Below, piece by piece: positions 10,948-23,679 of a DNA stretch of 45,082 nt (position 1 is its first letter; the number at the start of each line of letters is the position of its first letter). The notes beneath the pieces are model-generated. The model was not told the DNA's origin, made no database searches, and saw only the letters and a program-made list of their open reading frames with translations. This DNA comes from Octopus bimaculoides (Eukaryota). The translations under genes and the position numbers were made by a program. The stretch spans positions 117,457,681-117,502,762 of the forward strand of contig NC_068985.1 in the NCBI RefSeq assembly GCF_001194135.2, read 5' to 3'.

Positions 10948-12545
10948 CTTTCTTTTATTAGCCACACAGGGCTGCACACAGAGGTGAAAAATACAACTGT
11001 AGAGCTTTTCTTTAAGAAAAAAAAAAAAATCCGATCAAAGGTAGGGGCAAAAAAAAAAGAAAAAAAATGGGGGTATCGTAAATCACAGAAAATGTCAATT
11101 GTGTAAAATGGGGTAACATTGGGTTTATCCATGGAGAGAAAAGCCTACGGAAAAGACCATGGTAACCTCAGCAGGGAATAGACACATGAGAGCGAAGTGC
11201 TCTCTCTCTCTTTTGCTTTTAAATTTATTTTTTTCTCGATTTATAGGATCATGCTCAAAGAGGTATCGTCACTCGCACGCACCATCTTTGCTACATTCAC
11301 CCACCTTTTAATGAAACTTTCACGAGACAAAAACTGTCTCTCTATTCTCACCTTCCTTTTCAAGTGATACTTGAAAAAGTTGATGAGCGATTGGCCAGAG
11401 AGGTAAGTTTTCGTCTCTAATCCTTTCGCTCGGGTCCACCACACACATTATTTCACCATGACCACCAGTATGATGAACACTGCTTTGCCTTCCCTGTTGA
11501 GGGACGGTGGTGGAGCAATTTGCACAGGCGGACTCGTCCCACACGTGACAGCAGCCGTTCAGCATAAGCCCACAGGACAGAAATCTTTGGACACTGCACG
11601 AGTGCGTGCAGAACGGTTTCGTCGCTCTGAACGCATCTCGGGCATGTCGGTCCGGTGTGTCTCGAAGCGTGTCTGTAAAGCTTATCCCGAACGGGTAATG
11701 CTTCTCGATAGCACTGCCAGGCCAGGGAGCTCTGGTGGTTGTCCATAGGTCCCGGCCCGAAAGTTGTCCTGAACAGGCGGGTCAGGTGTTCCTCGTCGAC
11801 GCCCAGNNNNNNNNNNNNNNNNNNNNNNNNNNNNNNNNNNNNNNNNNNNNNNNNNNNNNNNNNNNNNNNNNNNNNNNNNNNNNNNNNNNNNNNNNNNNNN
11901 NNNNNNNNNNNNNNNNNNNNNNNNNNNNNNNNNNNNNNNNNNNNNNNNNNNNNNNNNNNNNNNNNNNNNNNNNNNNNNNNNNNNNNNNNNNNNNNNNNNN
12001 NNNNNNNNNNNNNNNNNNNNNNNNNNNNNNNNNNNNNNNNNNNNNNNNNNNNNNNNNNNNNNNNNNNNNNNNNNNNNNNNNNNNNNNNNNNNNNNNNNNN
12101 NNNNNNNNNNNNNNNNNNNNNNNNNNNNNNNNNNNNNNNNNNNNNNNNNNNNNNNNNNNNNNNNNNNNNNNNNNNNNNNNNNNNNNNNNNNNNNNNNNNN
12201 NNNNNNNNNNNNNNNNNNNNNNNNNNNNNNNNNNNNNNNNNNNNNNNNNNNNNNNNNNNNNNNNNNNNNNNNNNNNNNNNNNNNNNNNNNNNNNNNNNNN
12301 NNNNNNNNNNNNNNNNNNNNNNNNNNNNNNNNNNNNNNNNNNNNNNNNGACGGATGCAATGTACGCGTTCGCCACCTCCGCCCGACCTTTTAGGGATAGA
12401 TTCCTCTCGGCCCATTGCCGGGTGAGAGTGACCACTCTAGTCGTTATTTCGCTCCAGTTCTTCTCCATTTGGAGGTCCGGACCGAACCAGACTCCGAGCA
12501 ATTTAACCGGCCCGTCGGTCCAGCGTCCCGAGCCACTATTCGCAG
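10947..12545 (-). mobile_element. 5'-truncated Tx1 (L1-clade) non-LTR retrotransposon: C-terminal RT, zf-RVT and 3' UTR, with an N-gap inside
   Basis: WTDGPVKLLGVWFGPDL...WAERNLSLKGRAEVAN; LAWQCYREALPVRDKL...CPRC...ETVLHALVQC (CCHC finger). ORF2 ends at 11241. A frameshift near 11520 and a stop near 11450. AATAAA followed by a (TATC)n tail. Confidence 0.9.
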
Positions 12546-12764
12546 ACAGTCCGAAGCATTAGACATCTACTAATCCTACCACTCAGTATAACTAAGCCAA
12601 TGAGAAGAAGCGTTCTTCATTACCCAATGGCAACCAGGCTTAGAAATATGAATGCTCTAATGTTCAGAACCAAGTGTCTTAACGGCTATGAATGTTTATC
12701 ACACTTCTTTGAAACTTCATATAAAGCGATTTTGAGTTAAATTTTTCATACATACATACTTACA

Positions 12765-12829
12765 TAAATACATACATACATACATACATACAAACAAACA
12801 TACATACATAGAGATAGAAAGAGAGCGAG

Positions 12830-12880
<51 letters not shown>

Positions 12881-12915
12881 CAGAAAGAAATAAAGGGTGA
12901 GATAAAGATAGCATT

Positions 12916-12975
<60 letters not shown>
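12765..12975. repeat. Compound (CATA)n(GAAA)n(GATA)n microsatellite
   Basis: Direct reading. Confidence 0.9.
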
Positions 12976-13171
12976 GAGTATTTTAGTGCATACATCCACA
13001 AGAGATGCACACACATACGTGTGTTTATATATATATAATGTACATGTATAACTATATGCGTTTTCGTATATATGTCTAGCAATAACTTATAGGAGCAGTA
13101 TGGGAATATATTGAATCAGGATACGCATGGCCATACGACTTTGAAGGCACTTGTGCAGAGAAATAAGATAT

Positions 13172-13217
<46 letters not shown>

Positions 13218-13351
13218 CCATACATTCATATATGCATATATATATATATATATAAATAATATCTCTGTTCTATATTTTATTCCCACTCACTCTCTGCTTC
13301 TCTCTTCCTCTCCATTTAAGTCTCCCTCTCACTTTCTCTGCTATATATATA

Positions 13352-13408
<57 letters not shown>

Positions 13409-15081
13409 AGGGAGTGATACAGATAGTGTTTTTAGCTTCCATGTAATATATATATATATATATATATTTTTTATATATATATATATATACTAAGAATATA
13501 TATGTATATATACATTACATCTAAATAAACACATATACTAAGAATATATATAGCTGTGTCTGTGTGTGTATGTGTGTGTGAGCGTTTGTGTGTGTGTTGT
13601 GTGTGTGTGTTTGAGCGTGTGCCTGTGTGTGTGTATGTATCTATATGGAGCTGTAATTGATCGGCTGTCATTTGAATTCACTGTGACAGTCCATTAGCTG
13701 GAGTCTTTCTATATAATTTACTTTCAGCATGGATAAAATGTTGGCGCAGTTACTTAGATCGAGGTTTGTCGATTGATGGAGATTTACAGCCAATCATTGC
13801 CATTCTATATTGACTGAAAATCACTTTGTTCGTAGAATCCTTGGTATTGCCTAACATTTTCAACCGTGTATCACGCACAGCCACACGAAACCCAATCACG
13901 TATTTACGTTGACACACAAGCCTGGTAGAGAGAGGGAAAATCACTAGAAACAGTTCAAGTGACCTTTCCAACAGACAAGGGATCGAATTCAATCAAGAAA
14001 TTTACATCTGCTGAATCACCAGAACATCCGAATAATCGCACCTTTATCTTTACACTGCCGGTACTCGCCAAATATGATTATACGTAAGGGTTTTCAGGAC
14101 TAGATCTGATTTCGTCTTATGTGAATACGTAAGTGGGGCATGGCGTAGTATATATAGACTAATAAGTCTGTTCTGCGCTGCTGTTTGGACTTTGACGATT
14201 TGGCACGCCTGACAGGAGCTTGGACCTGTTTTGGTGTCAGTCAGTACATTTTGGCGCTGGAGACAAACACAGATACGCAAGCAGAAATATACGCATATGA
14301 ATAGGGTGAGAGAGAAAACGAAGAGAAGATAATGACATTACAATTTCTTAAATGAGTACAATTGATATAGACATAGTTTGTTTCTCCTTACCCGTAGAAA
14401 TAGAAATATAGAAATAGAAATAAGCAGAGAGGGGGAAGGAGAGAGAGGGGGAGAATGGGAAAGGGATGGTGAAGATAACAGCGAGGGAGAATAGAAAAGG
14501 GCGAAGGAAACAGTAAAACTGCAGAAACATTGAAATTTCTGGTTGTCAGCGTTGATTCAGCGATACCAAAATGGCCGCGCCATAACAGTTGTGACCAAAC
14601 GTCCATCGCTACTGCATTGCACTCACGGTCGTGAGATGTTTGTTTCAATTCCCGAACTGAGCAGTGTGTTGTGTTTTTGATGAAAACATTTCATTTGACG
14701 TTGTTCCAGCCCACTTGACAATACGTCTGTTCCAGCAATAGCTAGGAATTTAGCATGTCAACGAAACGGCAGTGAGGGAGAATGTTATCTTTGTCAGTTA
14801 TGTCGTTGAAACTAGATTATTCCAGCATAATGACAGACCTAAGTAAGTGATTGGAGAGTCGGCCTGCCCTATAGACTATGAACCTCCCTAGGAGTTTCAC
14901 ACTGGTATGATCGATACAGCTGATATTCAGGATGAATATTTGTGAAATGATGACTGGTGAAATTGAACAATTTCGTAAAATTAACTTTTGTCTGACAAGG
15001 ATTGATTAAGGTGATTACTGCAAGGGCTGAATGCCGAGAAAAACAAAACGGAGCAGTACGAATGAAGTACGTAAATATACT

Positions 15082-15090
15082 ATAATAATG

Positions 15091-15142
<52 letters not shown>

Positions 15143-15201
15143 TGATGATGATGATGATGATGATGATAATAAAAATAATGATGATGATGATGATGATGAT
15201 G

Positions 15202-15233
<32 letters not shown>
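15082..15233. repeat. (AAT)n(GAT)n compound array abutting a SINE 3' end
   Basis: Direct reading. Confidence 0.95.
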
Positions 15234-15443
15234 CCTTTCTACTAAAGGCACAAGGCCTGAAACTTTGGGAGAGGAAACTAGTCGATTACATCGACCCGAT
15301 TACAGAACTTGTACTTATTTCAATGCTCCGGAAAGGATGAAAGGCGAAGTCGACCTCGGCAGAATTTGAACTTAGAACATAGAGACGGACGAAACACCGC
15401 TAAGCATTTTTCTCAGCGTGCTAACGATTCTACCAGCTCGCCT
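15234..15443 (-). mobile_element. SINE type A, near full length
   Basis: GGAAAGGATGAAAGGCGAAGTCGACCTCGGCAGAATTTGAACTTAGAAC...CGCTAAGCATT...GCTAACGATTCTACCAGCTCGCC. Confidence 0.9.
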
Positions 15444-15687
15444 GAAGTCTATAGTGCTATTATTATAGCCAAGTATATATATATATTATGAACTCTCTTG
15501 TCGTAATCAACAGATGACAGTTCGACAGCTTTTTACTGAACATGAGAGTTCCACAGCTTCTTTCTAAAGATGATTTATTTGTAGTGATCAAATACTTATA
15601 CCGTACATTAGCTCACTCCTTCCATCAAAGCGACAATACCTGTTAATTTGACGTGTAGCACACGTATTCCACAAATCAGGCGCCGAA

Positions 15688-15784
15688 GTGGGCGTGAAAT
15701 GAAATATTTTGCTCAAAAATACTATCCAGTCTGGGGATTCGATCGTCAGTGCAACACCTTAACCGCAAGGCTACGCACCTTCAC
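15688..15784 (-). mobile_element. tRNA head plus start of CORE domain of SINE type C
   Basis: Minus strand GAAGGTGCGTAGCCTTGCGGTTAAGGTGTTG...GATCGAATCCCCAG...TTGAGCAAAATATTTCATTTCAC, similar to 21352-21622. Confidence 0.6.
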
Positions 15785-16309
15785 AAGCTTCCACCGGTGC
15801 CATAATAATATGCAGAATCTCGGACCTACGGCACATCTAACAGTAAAGTAGAATTGCCCGAATCTATGTAGATATTAGAATGAGATACGATTTATCCAGC
15901 AGTAAGTAGGTGCCACGTTGAGCTATTATCACTCTACGACTTTTATATGCTCCACAAGGACAGACAGTGCCTCTAACATATGAATGTTACATTTGCTATT
16001 TGTATTCAGCTTGTCTTGTATAAAGATAATGGCGAATTAAGTCACTGTAGCGACCATGTTGATGTACAGTGGACATGATATGCAAACGTACCTGAATGGA
16101 GGTAATATCTCTTTCATCCTACTGTATTGCATAATATTGATATCATTCGGCAATGTAAAACATGCATTAATGCTGCTAAGTTCAAAACATACAAAGAAAA
16201 AAGATGAGGATAACCATTTTCAATATCTTTTAGTTTAGAGATAGCTAACCACTTTGGTAAGAAAAAGTAAGATGGAAATGAACGTACTGCTTTAGAAATC
16301 AATACAGAG

Positions 16310-16640
16310 TGTGGTGGTATGGGTTGAATAGAGAGATAGAAGAGATATGTAAGTATGCAAAGTTAGCATATAATGGAATATGCCGATTCATGCAGTCAAG
16401 GAGATTAAAATATTAACAATCAAGAACCGAAATATCTCTTGAACGATGTATCAATTCCATACGATGACAATTTTTCAAAGACGGAAATGGAAAATCTATG
16501 GAAATATAAATACATAGAAATAATGAAATGCAGAATATTGGTTTTAAGAACGGGAACAAACACTCTCAAAATAGGTATCTTAGGAACGATACAGATACGA
16601 ATTTCTAATACAGGCACAGGACCTCAGATTAGACGAATAG
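16310..16640 (+). mobile_element. Highly decayed R4/Dong RLE endonuclease fragment
   Basis: DVSIPYDDNFSKTEMENLWKYKYIEI...IGILGTI parallels DMSIPCDHNIAAKEFDKISKYKDLLIEI (34817-34926) and IVGALGII (28593-28788). Confidence 0.6.
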
Positions 16641-17299
16641 AGAATTGTCGATTTTATCATTCCCAGTATATGACGGATATTTGTGAAGGCGATGAATTGC
16701 ATATTTGAGGTCAGAATGCAAAGTGCCAGAACAAAACAAGCAAAGTAGTTAGTCAGATATCCTGGCGAATTTACGAACCAACGCTGCAATTGATTTCAAC
16801 TGTATCTCAGCAAATATTCTGCTCAATACCACAGATTTGCTTGTCAGTTGTTTGACTGATCTTGGCGTTGATTAAGATTATAATTTTCAGAAAAGGTAAA
16901 ACTATCACCTCGTGGCGAATTGAAACAATTCGAAAAAAAGAAAGAAATGAAATGTCAAGAATCAAAAGCCCTCTGAAACTGACATCCCATTAAACTAAAG
17001 ACGCTCTCATTGTCTGGATACAAGAGCCAATTGTGGACATGCATTTCCAACCCAGTGGGCGTCATCAGCGTAGCAGTTGTCTAATCTTTACTTCAGCAGG
17101 CAGAGGACTTAGCTATAGACCAAAAGAGTACAGAACATTTATGACCTATGGTAGTTTGTATAATTAAAACAAAATTATGTCCAGAGCAAAGAAACTTGAA
17201 GTGGCCAGTGGCAAAAATTTGAACAAAAACGAATAATATATATTAAGTTCCATAAATTATCTTCGCTTCTGGAAATATGCAATCTAATATAATATACGT

Positions 17300-17341
17300 T
17301 CATGTGTGTGTGTGCATGCGTGCGTGCGTGTGTGTGTAAGT

Positions 17342-17437
<96 letters not shown>

Positions 17438-17475
17438 ACGTGTGTATGTGCCTATGTTTATGTTTAAATATATGC

Positions 17476-17510
<35 letters not shown>
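17300..17510. repeat. (GT)n and (GA)n microsatellites
   Basis: Direct reading. Confidence 0.95.
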
Positions 17511-17513
<3 letters not shown>

Positions 17514-17829
17514 TTGTATTACATGACTATGTATATATATATATATATATACTTATATTCATTCTGTGACAATTTTTAGATTATATTGCTGATAATATTA
17601 AGCAGAGGACGTAATAATATCCTGGCCGTGTTTTGGTACCCTAGAAATTTGATAACATCTATGATTATAATAATCATCCATGTTTCTAGATGTTTAAACT
17701 AAATACGCGTTAAGTGATTTTATGCATTGCCCGAGGATTATGTATATCATATTTAAATGTGCTCATACGTATGCATATGTACACGTGTTGCATATATACA
17801 TACATACACACACACACGCTCACACGCAC

Positions 17830-17884
<55 letters not shown>

Positions 17885-18464
17885 CGTCTATGTATCCATA
17901 AGTCAGGAATTGCATTTAATCCGAAACAGGGAACAAATATGAAGAGAGAGGAAGAAAAATATCTTGCCTTGAGGACTAAAAGAGAAATAATCCTTGAAAG
18001 TTCATCTGTTTTAAACCATTCTTTATCTCTTTTAATCCTTCTCCATAAGTTTATATAAATATAACCATGATACACACAATGCAATAATTATATCCACATT
18101 TTAGATTCTTCTAGAAATATATTCCGGGAAATATATTCTTCTTTCAATCAAATATCTTAGTCATCAATCAAAAGATTCCTGTAAAATGTCCTAATAATCT
18201 GAATTGAATATTAAAGTATTGGAAATATATATTTGATGTATTCTGTCGCCTCCTGGCGTCGTAATTTGTAGTAAAAAAACGGAAAACGATTGTGCATTTA
18301 CGATATAAAGAGACTTGCTTCTTTAACTCATTCTCTTTCAGCTTACTTTCTGCCGATCTCTCATAACCTAGCATGTACTATATCCTATATAAACGGGATA
18401 TAAATATCGTTGTAACTAATATGGTCACTGGCTTAGCAGTTCTGTTGCTATATTTTGGTGAATT

Positions 18465-18680
18465 AAGGCGGCGAGCTGGCAGAATCGTCAGCACGGCGGG
18501 CGAAATGCTTTGCAATATTTCGTCTGTCTTTAAGTTCTGAGTTCAAGTTCCGCCGAGGTCGACTTTGCCTTTCATCCTTTCGTGGTCGATAAATTAAGTA
18601 CAAGTTGCGTACTGGGGTCGATATAATCGAGTGGCCCCCTCCCCCAAAATTTCAGGCCTTGTGCACAAAAGTATATTTTG
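18465..18680 (+). mobile_element. SINE type A, near full length
   Basis: AAGGCGGCGAGCTGGCAGAATCG (A box), GAGTTCAAGTTCCGCC (B box), then GAGGTCGACTTTGCCTTTCATCCTTTCGTGGTCGATAAATTAAGTAC. Confidence 0.92.
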
Positions 18681-19205
18681 GTAAATTACATTTTCCTGCA
18701 ACCAACTTTTTGCACATCTTTTCAGAATACATCACGACTATATTGGCTCTGAGCATGAGCAATTATATGTGTGTGTGGATGTGTGTGTTTATTTGTATAT
18801 ATACATATATATAAACATATATCTATACATCTGTTCATACATATATGAGAGAGAGAGTGTTTGTGTTAATGAATTGTGTTATATAATTCAGGCATCTACA
18901 GAGTGAAGCACTTCTATGGTTGTCTACTATCTGAAAACTGGAAGTGGAGAAGCTTTCATTTCACGCTACTGCTCCAATAATCTGAAACTTAAACAAAGTA
19001 TTAGTAGCGTATATATCATAAACACAAAACTTCGAAGAATGGTGTTAGCAGAATACTTTTCCTAAATCGTTTACATTTGTTTCGTCAACTTGCATTATAA
19101 TCAATCTTACGTCATGTTGTTATTGTGGTGGCAAGTATTGATTTATTCTTATGCTATGTGCAAGTCTACCTTCACAGCGCATGGTGGAAATGTATGCATG
19201 TATGC

Positions 19206-19254
<49 letters not shown>

Positions 19255-20059
19255 TGTATGTATGTATATAGATCCAATGAAGCTATAGGCTGATACACAA
19301 GCACTCAAATATCTTGCAGCAGGTACAGCTGTAAGCTAATGATATTCATGAACATAATTTCTTACACGCCCTTGTCATTTGTTGAGTGCATTTTATTCGG
19401 GAAATCATTTGCAGTTTGCACATACACACACACGGACACACGGACATGTACACACGCAGACATAAGTAACCATTGGCTATGTATCTAGTAGTTAGCTACT
19501 GAAGCACGACGCTTGGTCTACTTCAGGAATTCCACAGTGTTCGTCGAGTATCTAACAAATGATATGACATGGAAAAGGGAATAATCCCTGATGCGTGGGA
19601 GCTGTGCCGGATTTACCTTTGTTAGCAACAAATTTTGGGGTAGATTCCATTTTCTGTCTCAATTATTTGTTATACATGGATACAAACATCCATACATACA
19701 CAGATACATATATTTANNNNNNNNNNNNNNNNNNNNNNNNNNNNNNNNNNNNNNNNNNNNNNNNNNNNNNNNNNNNNNNNNNNNNNNNNNNNNNNNNNNN
19801 NNNNNNNNNNNNNNNNNNNNNNNNNNNNNNNNNNNNNNNNNNNNNNNNNNNNNNNNNNNNNNNNATGTATATATGAATGCATGTCATTATTCAGTTTATT
19901 TCAAGATTTCCTGCCAATAGAGAAAGAACCGGTTTTTAACCTAGATGCAAGGCTCTTTCATGAGAATTTCAACAACAGGGTATTTAATATGTATGTATGT
20001 GTGTATGTATTATGTATGTATTCTCATGCATATAGTTGCATATCTAGACATGCTCATAT

Positions 20060-20905
20060 ATATCTAAATGATAATCGTCTTGAAAGTTTTACTGATTTTT
20101 AGTTTCAGTGACGGAGAGGATTTGTAGAATTCGAATTAGCTTTCTCCTTTCTGGTTTTGAGAAGCCTACTTTTCCAAGACTGGTATTTAGGCAGTCTGTT
20201 ATATATCCCAGGGCCCCAATAATTATATGTATAAATCTGAACTTCTAATCTGGATAGAGTAACTTCAGATTTCTCAATAGTCCAGCATAGGTATTTTCTT
20301 ATTCAGTGATCCTTAGCTTTATGTTAACATACACCTGGTAGGTAATTTCCACAACTGTACACGGTGTCTCTCCCTTATCCCAAATCATTATATCAGGTCT
20401 GTTGTGCTGATATCTCATTGAAGTTTTCACTGGTATATTCTACCATTATTCCTTTTTATTATGAGTGGCTATGGTTTCTACCATATTTCTTTGTCCTCGA
20501 GATTATCCTTCCGACGTATTTCATTATAGAATGTCCTAGCTACACCGTCGTGTCTCATAGGTAGATAATACCATGATGACATTTACGTAGAACTGCTTAT
20601 GATGTGGGTGATATCTTAAGCGTGAACTCCACAAAGTCTGCATCGGTTATCACATTTTACGGATTTTCTCGCATCTCTATCCCTTTTATGCATCAGGTAC
20701 TTGGTTGTAATTTCCTGTTCCTGGATTGCAAATGCGTATCTTACATAATGGGAGGTAGTAAACTGGCAATTGGTCCATGATAAACTGCTTTGATGATTGA
20801 TGTTACTATCATCACGGAGCTTTCTACTAACATAGCTTTTCATAGTCTTCTGCTCATATAGACTCATCTTTTCGTCTGAGGATACGTTGCGGTAGATACA
20901 TATCA
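20060..20905 (-). mobile_element. R4/Dong-clade RLE non-LTR retrotransposon, C-terminal fragment
   Basis: FAIQEQEITTKYL...CRLC...ITHIISS...RHD...RPDIMIWD...IIIGALGYI: CCHC finger, RHD motif and PD-D endonuclease. Contains stops and frameshifts. Confidence 0.85.
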
Positions 20906-21129
20906 TCATCATTCAGGAACTTTTGACCGGGATACGCTACTCGACCTGACGAAAATTCTAACTGGGCCCCACCTGTAAGGTCATGTGCTCTTTATCTTGA
21001 TATGAGTTCACCATATCGCACACATATGGTTGTGATGCATGTGTCTGGTATACCCTTATCAGACGAGTAGTAATGATGGATGTATTGGGCTTCGTATATT
21101 TGTACCTCAGTGTCAATTTGTTGGCTTTT

Positions 21130-21282
21130 TTTGTTTTGTTTTTTCTTAAATACATGTTTTACCTATGAATTTGCGTGTGTAAATTGGGAATACATACAAC
21201 GAGTTTCTCTGCCCTAGGTGTACGGAAAACACTCGGCGAGAAATGGGAGAATATTTGAAGAAAGAAGAAAAAAAACAACAAC

Positions 21283-21352
<70 letters not shown>
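21130..21352 (+). mobile_element. Probable non-LTR 3' UTR ending in an (AAT)n tail
   Basis: Unique sequence ending AAAGAAGAAAAAAAACAACAAC runs directly into a long (AAT)n array. Family assignment is uncertain. Confidence 0.35.
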
Positions 21353-21353
<1 letters not shown>

Positions 21354-21622
21354 TAGTACTCCATCGGTTACGAAGATGAGGGTTACAGTAGATTAAACAG
21401 AACAGCTTGCTCCCCTTAAAGTTGGGAGAGTCAGCCTGACGCAGAATGTGAAAAGCCGGCCCTTTGAATCACAAGTGCAACTCATTTTTGCCAGTTGACT
21501 GGACTGGAAAAATGTAAAATAAAGTGTCATGATCAAGGGACAACGCGCCGCCTCGAATCGAACTGACGACCTTACAATCGTGAACCAATTACACCTAACC
21601 ACAAATCCATCTCATGCGCCTT
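21352..21622 (-). mobile_element. tRNA-derived CORE-like SINE type C
   Basis: Minus strand GAAGGCGCATG...GTGGTTAGGTGTAATTGGTTCACGATTGTAAGGTCGTCAGTTCGATTCGAGGCGG...CCCTTGATCATGACACTTTATTTTAC (A/B boxes then CORE-like segment). Confidence 0.8.
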
Positions 21623-21623
21623 C

Positions 21624-21703
<80 letters not shown>

Positions 21704-21884
21704 TACTCGTGTTCCTTGCAACGAGGTTCATCAGGTTCTTGTCTGATGATCTCTATGACGTGAAAGTCGAGTCGTAACAATGGAATTCATTTTAAACAAA
21801 CTATAGAATATACAATGTCTATTGAGAGCTGTTTCTCATTCGTCGAAAACTGTAACGTTTGAACTTACTATAGATAGATTGATG

Positions 21885-21959
<75 letters not shown>

Positions 21960-21990
21960 GGACAGATAGATAGATAGATAGATAGACATA
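21623..21990. repeat. Two (GATA)n arrays flanking a ~170-bp unique segment
   Basis: Arrays at about 21623-21702 and 21870-21990. Confidence 0.9.
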
Positions 21991-23031
21991 GATATACGTA
22001 ATCACATATATCATGTATACTTATATATATATATATACATTTACAAACAAGTGTGTGTGTGTGTGTGGGGGGGGGTGTTGGTAAAAAGAGATAGAAATGT
22101 TGATATCTTTGTCTCATACCCTTCTTCCCCTCTGATGAATATCATTTCATCCTATTTCATATAATAAAACATTCCTAATTTCATTTAAATATACTTTTGA
22201 TACATCAATCAATTTTCCACTGACATCCTTATATACTTTCCCTTTCTCTAACTTCTCTCATATATATCTTTACATCAATATGTCCTCACGTCTCTCATGC
22301 TTTCTTCAGCTTGCATCTTCCTCTCAACCACCTTTCTACTCTTTACCTCTCACTTCTCTTGCCAAAATCTCTCTCTGTTTCACTCTCTCGTCTCCTTTTG
22401 CCTCTGTTAGTTTTTGTTTTCATCACTATTGTTTCCGCTGTACTTATTTCTTTTTGTTTTAGCAAACTTTGTAGTTTTCTATTTGATTATATCTCTTGTC
22501 TCTCTCTCTCTGTGAGCCTCGCTCTAACATTTATCTATTTCAATGCCTGTCTGTTTTCACATTGTCTATCTCCAAATCGATCTCTCTATTGCTTTGTTGG
22601 ACTGTTTGTCTATTTCTTTATCTATCTATATATCTGTTTATCTATCTACATATGTGAATATATATCTTCCTGCCTTTGTATGAGTGTATTTGTCTAACCA
22701 AACAGTATTCCGTTTCATAGTTTATCTATATGTCTGTCTATTTTTATCTATGTATCTGTCTTTCTACGTGTATCTCTTTTCCTATTTCTCTATCAATACA
22801 TCTCTGTCTGTTATCTGTCTATCTCTCAAACCGTTTATCTATCCATCTAACTATAACTATACTTGTCTGTATGCATGTACAATGTATTTAAACCAGTTCT
22901 ATTTATATAGCGATATATCTCTATGTCTAACTCTCTATTTAACTATTCATTTATCTGTCCATCTATCCAACTATCTATAACTTTTTCAAATATGCGCCAT
23001 ATTTTAAAACTAGATCAATGTACATATGTGA

Positions 23032-23087
<56 letters not shown>

Positions 23088-23129
23088 GTGTATGTGTATG
23101 TGCATGTATGAATACATCCAGATATTATT

Positions 23130-23584
23130 AATCACTCCTATCTCTGTATCTATTATTCTATCTCTCTTTAAATCTCCCTCCACTCTACTTCTCTGTAATG
23201 ATACCTCCCTCTACATTCTCCCTTACTAACCCTCTTCTTTATTTCTTCCCTCTCCTCTTCCTATGACCATCCCTCTCTAACCTCTCTCCATATCACTCGG
23301 TTTGTGTCTTTCCTCTTTCTTTCCCCCACTATCCCTCCTCTCACCCTGTCTGTTTTTCTCTACCTTTCTCTCTTTCTGCCTCCTTTCTATCTCCCTCTAC
23401 TTCTCCCATCTCTCTTCCCCCCCCCTTTCTCTCTCTCTCTCTCTCTGCCTTCTCTGTATCTCTCTATGGTTTTCCTATTGTTCTCTTGCTTCTCTCCCTT
23501 TTCCTTCTCTTTGTTCTATTTTTCTCTCTTTTCACTTTCTCTACACTCCTTTTACTTTCTTTACTCTCCCCTTCTTCATCTTCC

Positions 23585-23675
<91 letters not shown>
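23130..23675. repeat. Polypyrimidine tract ending in perfect (CT)n
   Basis: Direct reading; (CT)n at about 23591-23675. Confidence 0.9.

Positions 23676-23679
<4 letters not shown>

Noticed and set aside
18465-18560. tRNA-like A and B boxes in SINE heads as tRNA genes
   Set aside because: They continue into SINE bodies and lack a complete cloverleaf.
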